From Tricharina praecox (Eukaryota), in contig NW_026250427.1 in NCBI RefSeq assembly GCF_024521635.1, forward strand, positions 558,001 through 584,642: 26,642 nucleotides of DNA. Reading direction: 5' to 3'. Under the pieces are notes generated by a model. That model saw nothing but the letters and a program-made list of their open reading frames with translations. It did not search any database and was not told where the DNA came from. A program made the position numbers and the translations under genes. Every line of letters begins with the position of its first letter. The stretch's first letter is position 1. Below, in pieces: positions 21,860-26,642 of this stretch.

Positions 21860-24800
21860 TCATCTGTCATTGAGTCCTGCGTGGTGCAGCCTGGCGTGGT
21901 GGCCGATTTGTCTGCCGCAGTATCCGCAGCGGTTGCGGCATCCCCAGCAGTTGCGGCGTCCGTAGCGGTTGCGGCATCCACAACGGTTGTGCCATCCCCC
22001 GCGGTTGCGGCATCCACAGTGATTGTGGAATCTCCAGCGGTTGCGGCGTTGGTAACGGCTGTGGCGTCCGTCGCGGTTGCGGCATCCGTAGCAGATGTAG
22101 CATACGTAGCGGTTGCACCAGCCACGGTGGTTATGGCATCCATAGCGGTTGTGGCATCCCCAGCGGTTGCGGCGTCCATGGCGGTTGCCGGTAGAAGAAT
22201 ATTTCTTCTTTCTCTTCCTCCTCTTCCTCGTCTTGTTTCTGCCGCCGGCTGGTGCCGCCGCGGACGTACCCGAAGGTCCAGAAATCCCCATGGTGGGCTG
22301 CGACCGAACTCCGCCTCCCGTCATCGGGTCCTGCGTGGTGGCCGATGTGGCTGCCGCGCCATCTGTAGCGGTCGCAGAGGTAGAAGAACGTTTCTTCTTT
22401 CTCCACCACTTCCTCCTCTTCTTCTTTCCGCCGCCGGATGGTGCCGCATTGGACGTACCCGAAGGTCCAGGAATCCCTATCATGGGCTGCAACCTAACTT
22501 CGTTTTCCGTCACCGGGTGCGCTTCGTCTCCCGTCCTTGGGTCCTGCGTGGTGGCCGATGTGTCTGCCGCGCCATCCGTAGCGGTCGCAGAGGTAGAAGA
22601 ACGTTTCTTCTTTCTCCACCACTTCCTCCTCTTCTTCTTTCCGCCGCCGGATGGTGCCGCATTGGACGTACCCGAAGGTCCAGGAATCCCCATGGTGGGC
22701 TGTGACCGAACTTCGTCTCCCGTCCTCGGGTCCTGCGTGGTGGCCGATGTGTCTGCCGCGCCATCCGTAGCGGTCGCAGAGGTAGAAGAACGTTTCTTCT
22801 TTCTCCACCACTTCCTCCTCTTCTTCTTTCCGCCGCCGGATGGTGCCGCATTGGACGTACCCGAAGGTCCAGGAATCCCCATGGTGGGCTGTGACCGAAC
22901 TTCGTCTCCCGTCCTCGGGTCCTGCGTGGTGGCCGATGTGTCTGCCGCGCCATCCGTAGCGGTCGCAGAGGTAGAAGAACGTTTCTTCTTTCTCTTCCTC
23001 CTCTTCGTCGTCTTCTTTCTACCGCCGGCTGGTGCCGCCGCGGACGTACCCGAAGGTCCAGAAATCCCCATGGTGGGTTGTGACCGAACTTCGCCTCCCG
23101 TCATCGGGTCCTGCGTGGTGGCCGATGTGTCTGCCGCGCCATCTGTAGCGGTCGCAGAGGTAGAAGAACGTTTCTTCTTTCTCCACCACTTCCTCCTCTT
23201 CTTCTTTCCGCCGCCGGATGGTGCCGCATTGGACGTACCCGAAGGTCCAGGAATCCCCATGGTGGGCTGTGACCGAACTTCGCCTCCCGTCATCGGGTCC
23301 TGCGTGGTGGCCGATGTGTCTGCCGCGCCATCCGTAGCGGTTGCAGAGGTAGAAGAACGTTTCTTCTTTCTCCACCACTTTCTCCTCTTTTTCTTTCCGC
23401 CGCCGGATGGTGCTGCATTAGACGTACCCGAAGCTCGAGGAATCCACACGGTGGGAGGTGACCGAACTTCGTCCTCCGGCATTGAGTCCTGCGTGGTGGC
23501 GAATGTGCCTACCGAGCCATGCGTAGCTGGTGCCGTATTGAACCTACCCGAAGCTCGAGGCATCCACACGGTGGGCAGTGACGCCGCATTGGACCTACCC
23601 GAAGCTCGATGAATCCACACGGTGGGAGGTGACCGAACTTCGTCTTCCGGCATTGAGTCCTGCGTGGTGGCGAATGTGCCTGCCGAGCCATGCGTAGCTG
23701 GTGCCGCATTGAACCTACCCGAAGCTCGAGGAATCCACACGGTGGGAGGTGACCGAACTTCGTCTTCCGGCATTGAGTCCTGCGTGGTGGCGAATGTGCC
23801 TACCGAGCCATGCGTAACTGGTGCCGTATTGAACCTACCCGAAGCTCGAGGCATCCACACGGTGGGCAGTGACGCCGCATTGGACCTACCCGAAGCTCGA
23901 TGAATCCACACGGTGGGAGGTGACCGAACTTCGTCTTCCGGTTTTGGGTCCTGCGTGGTGGCCGGTGTGCCTGTCGAGCCATCCGTAGATGGTGCGGCAT
24001 TGGACGTAACCGTAGCTCGAGGAATCCACACGGTGGGCTGCGACCGTACTTCGTCTGCCGGCTTTGAGTCATGCGTGGTGGCCGATGTGTCTGCGGAGCC
24101 ATCCTTAGCGGTCGCGGCGGGAGAAGAATTGTTCCTCATCTTTCTGTTCTTCTTTCCACCGCCGCGTGGCGCCGCCTTGATCGTACTCGAAGGCCCAGGA
24201 ATCCCCATGGTAGGCTGCCACTGAACCTCGTCTTCCATCATTGAGTCCTGCGTGGTGACTAATGTACCTGCCGAGCCATCCGTAGCTGGTGCTGCATTGG
24301 ACGCACTTGAAGGTCCAGGAATCCCCACGGTGGGCTGGGGCCGAACCTCGTCTTCCGTCAATCCTTCCTGCATGGTGGCCGATGTGCTTACCGAGCCATC
24401 CGCAACTGGTGCCGCGTTGGACGTACCCGACGATTCAGGAATCCCCATAGTGGGCTGCGGCCGAACGTCGTCTTCCGTCATCGAGTCCTGTGTTGTGCAG
24501 CCTGGCGTGGTGGCCGATCTGTCTGCCTCTTCATTCTTAGTGGTCGTGAAGGTTAAATAATGTTTCTCCTTTTTTTTCTTCTTCTTTCTGCCAGGAGTCC
24601 CCACGGTAGGCTGCAACTGAACGTCCAAGACCGGCACAACGTCACCGACGATTAACGGCGTCATCGACGTTGCAGCCGCCGTCCGTGCCAACGAATATTG
24701 ACCTGCAGCGATCAGCAGGCTCCTTGATGCTGAAACAGCCTGGGAACGGATACGACGGAGGATGTCGGCGGGAGGGGCACGACCTGGTTTAGCACAATCA

Positions 24801-25332
24801 ATATCTGTTGATGCAATGGGGCGGGTGAATCTTTACCACTCACACCTGCGTTCCCGCAGTTACTCGAGGATAGTGAGACGGCGTTGCTTGATGAAGACGA
24901 TGTAGAAACGATAGGAAGTGCGTTTGTAGGAAGCGAGAACGGTGTGTTGTCATTGTTGGCTCGAGGGGTGCTGCTGCAGGATTGCTCGCTGGTCTCGTTC
25001 CCCTTCCCTTTATCCTGCGAGGACGGCCCGGCGGTGGCGAGGTTGGTCGACACCTGGTCGATGTACTCGAGAAGAAAAGGGTCAGCTCCAGAAGGATTGA
25101 AGCCGAAAGCTTGATGGGAAGACGAGTCGGGGATTTCCGTAGGGCTCATCAATGTCCGCTCGAATCCGTGGGCAATCTGCTCGCTTGCATCGATTTCGCT
25201 TTCGTATTCTACCGTTTCCCTCCGTGGTGATCCAGCGGAGTTGCCAGTAGCTCGCTGCCCAGGTGACTCATGCGCATCAGGTTGCTTCGCACGAAGTCGC
25301 TTCCCGTTTTTCTTCTTCTTCGATTTCGCCAT
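21860..25332 (-). CDS. Large orphan, low-complexity tandem-repeat protein with polybasic clusters; probably frameshifted or pseudogenising at its 3' end
   Basis: ATG at 25332 (MAKSKKKKNGKRLRAK). Proposed exons: 25332-24846 (alternative donor after 24837), 24783-24754, then 24702 onward. Introns 24845-24784 and 24753-24703 (GTATCC...GCTGAT...CAG) join the 206-aa ORF to the 943-aa ORF in frame. As read, it stops at 21860; an apparent frameshift lies at 22189. No known domain recognised. Confidence 0.6.
21915..22189 (-). repeat. 18-bp coding minisatellite, ~15 copies, encoding (G/T/V)DAATA hexapeptides
   Basis: The plus-strand unit is approximately GCGGTTGCGGCATCCNNA. ORF 21817-22179 reads MDAATAGDATTAMDAITT...TDAATAGDAATAAD. 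Confidence 0.9.
22191..23430 (-). repeat. 189-bp (63-aa) near-identical tandem array, ~6.5 units, with higher-order structure
   Basis: The anchor GTAGAAGAA recurs at 22191, 22380, 22593, 22782, 22971, 23160 and 23349: spacing 189, with one 213 caused by a 24-bp insertion. Confidence 0.95.
23430..24530 (-). repeat. 120/171-bp (40/57-aa) tandem units related to the 189-bp unit, increasingly diverged toward the gene 5' end
   Basis: The anchor CGAAGCTCGA(G/T)GAATCC lies near 23429, 23600, 23720 and 23891 (spacings 171, 120, 171). Consensus peptide: TTQDSMxEDEVRxxPTxxIPxxSxxxNAAPxxxGSxxTxA. Confidence 0.9.
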
Positions 25333-25383
25333 GCTAGAAGTTGATTGTAGGTGAGGTTATCTCACTGGGGTTTACTATTGGCG

Positions 25384-25460
25384 ACTGGGATAGTTATGAA
25401 TAGTGACGTGTAATGATAGAAAACTGGGATAGTGATGAATAGCGACGTGTATGATAGAAA
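25384..25460. repeat. 39-bp tandem duplication in the presumed 5' UTR of the repeat-protein gene
   Basis: ACTGGGATAGTTATGAATAGTGACGTGTAATGATAGAAA (25384-25422) followed by ACTGGGATAGTGATGAATAGCGACGTGTATGATAGAAA (25423-25460). Confidence 0.85.
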
Positions 25461-26642
25461 AAGCTGCTGGAAGATGATACGTTGAGGAGAGAAAGGATGA
25501 TGGCACCGAGCAGATGGTTATCTTAGTTTGCTTCGGACTTGGGACGATGACAGCAGCATGTGACACGGTGTCAGGTGCATGGATGGTCCGCCGTGCGACA
25601 GACCCGGGCCGACCTTCTGGTCACTGGCCAATGGCGTCTCCGGCGTTGGCTCGGTTGCCATGATGTCACTTCCGCACCATGCCGGATTCGCCATTGCGCC
25701 ATTTGGATGCTGCGCGTTGTAGACGTGGGCATCACCGGTGGCTGTTCTCGAGCCTGAGGAATTAGTTTCTCTTTTTGCTCGCACTTTGGTGACGAGAAGG
25801 CCGGAAGAACGCGGTTATCGGAAAATAGCAGCTTAGGTCCTCCTGGACTGCAACGATCGTAAAACATCACAGCAACCACCGTCGAAATATTAAATGCTTC
25901 GTTCATCTGATGAAGAGTGGGGGGGGGAAGGGGTTTCGTACGTGAGTGCAGTTTGAGATAAATGGGTGAGATTATATGATTGAATTCCGGCCGTAAAATG
26001 TCACGCAAGACGGTATGTTGATGGCGGGCGGGACTCCACCTCCACCAGCAGGATGGTTGGCCTAACGAACATAGCAGCATTTCAGTATTCCTTTAGTATA
26101 TGACGGTGCTAGCATGCTAGACGGATAACGAGGAAATGTTTGTTCGGTCTAGCCGATGACCATCATCATCACTCACACCGTCGAGTGAGAATTCAGAACG
26201 TAAGCTACATGTCGCGGCCGTAGCAATCCATGCGAATGAACTTCCTGTCCATTATTTGAAATTTTGACTGGTGACGGCGAGATGCAGAGTATTGGATTAT
26301 GTAGTTGAAGCAAATGATGGTGGATTGCTGAATCGATTGATCCCTGCGCCGTCATCCGATGCCGTATCCACCACGTAAAGTGGGCAGTGCCAGGTAGAGC
26401 GCAGCACCTGGCACATCTCCGCTCTACAACGCCGTAATCAAGATTCACATGTGCGTTGCTAGTGGCAACGTGGGAATATAGATAGCACTGCGGCTCGTTG
26501 TGTTAGCATATGATGGTGGCCTCATCACGACTCACGAGAGGTCGGATATCCAGCAGGACGGAAATGAGAAATCTCTTGGTTTGCGGCGCTCTTGGGAGCG
26601 CAACATACGTAGGCTACAGGAATGTCGTATGCATGTCAAAGT

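Noticed and set aside
21836..23612. Long plus-strand ORFs (487 aa and 289 aa) over the repeat array
   Set aside because: They are antisense shadows of the 3n, stop-free repeat unit (FFFLHHFLLFFF mirrors KKKRRKWWRKKK). They start at GTG or mid-repeat and have no independent gene signals.
22191..24530. CRISPR-like array or Kex2-processed repeat peptide (KEP/RiPP) precursor
   Set aside because: The context is eukaryotic, the repeats are contiguous with no unique spacers, and there are no cas genes. There is no signal peptide, and no tailoring genes such as DUF3328/UstY are visible in the window.
25470..26642. ORFs and short palindromes upstream of the repeat-protein gene
   Set aside because: Nothing beyond chance expectation; no tRNA, rRNA or transposon-end signature recognised.

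Overview
Eukaryotic genomic DNA from a filamentous ascomycete: short GT-AG introns with CTRAC/CTRAT branch sites. The LINE remnants suggest a Pezizomycete, which is an inference. Three intact conserved genes are present: a mitochondrial ABC1/ADCK atypical kinase (2458-4442, +, 1 intron), coatomer gamma-COP/SEC21 (12507-9435, -, 4 introns) and the TORC2 subunit Sin1/Avo1 (16014-13432, -, 3 introns). The accessory DNA holds: (a) an intronless small secreted Cys-rich protein of probable Ecp2/Hce2/KP4-like type (18798-18313); (b) a decayed 3' part of a Tad1-like LINE (about 19270-20366) plus two further short copies of its 3' tail (about 7240-7500 and 7884-8100) that share a terminal stem-loop; (c) a large multi-exon orphan gene starting at 25332 (-), built from nested tandem repeats including near-identical 189-bp units encoding KKKRRKWWRKKKR, whose 3' part is frameshifted and carries many TAA/TAG codons at probable Gln positions; (d) a probable small three-exon pseudogene behind an intact-looking promoter (4696-5796); (e) several degenerate or palindromic repeats. 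I found no rRNA, tRNA or CRISPR array. I cannot demonstrate a new multi-gene system; the repeat-protein locus is the best candidate for novelty. All calls come from reading the sequence by eye, with no database searches.
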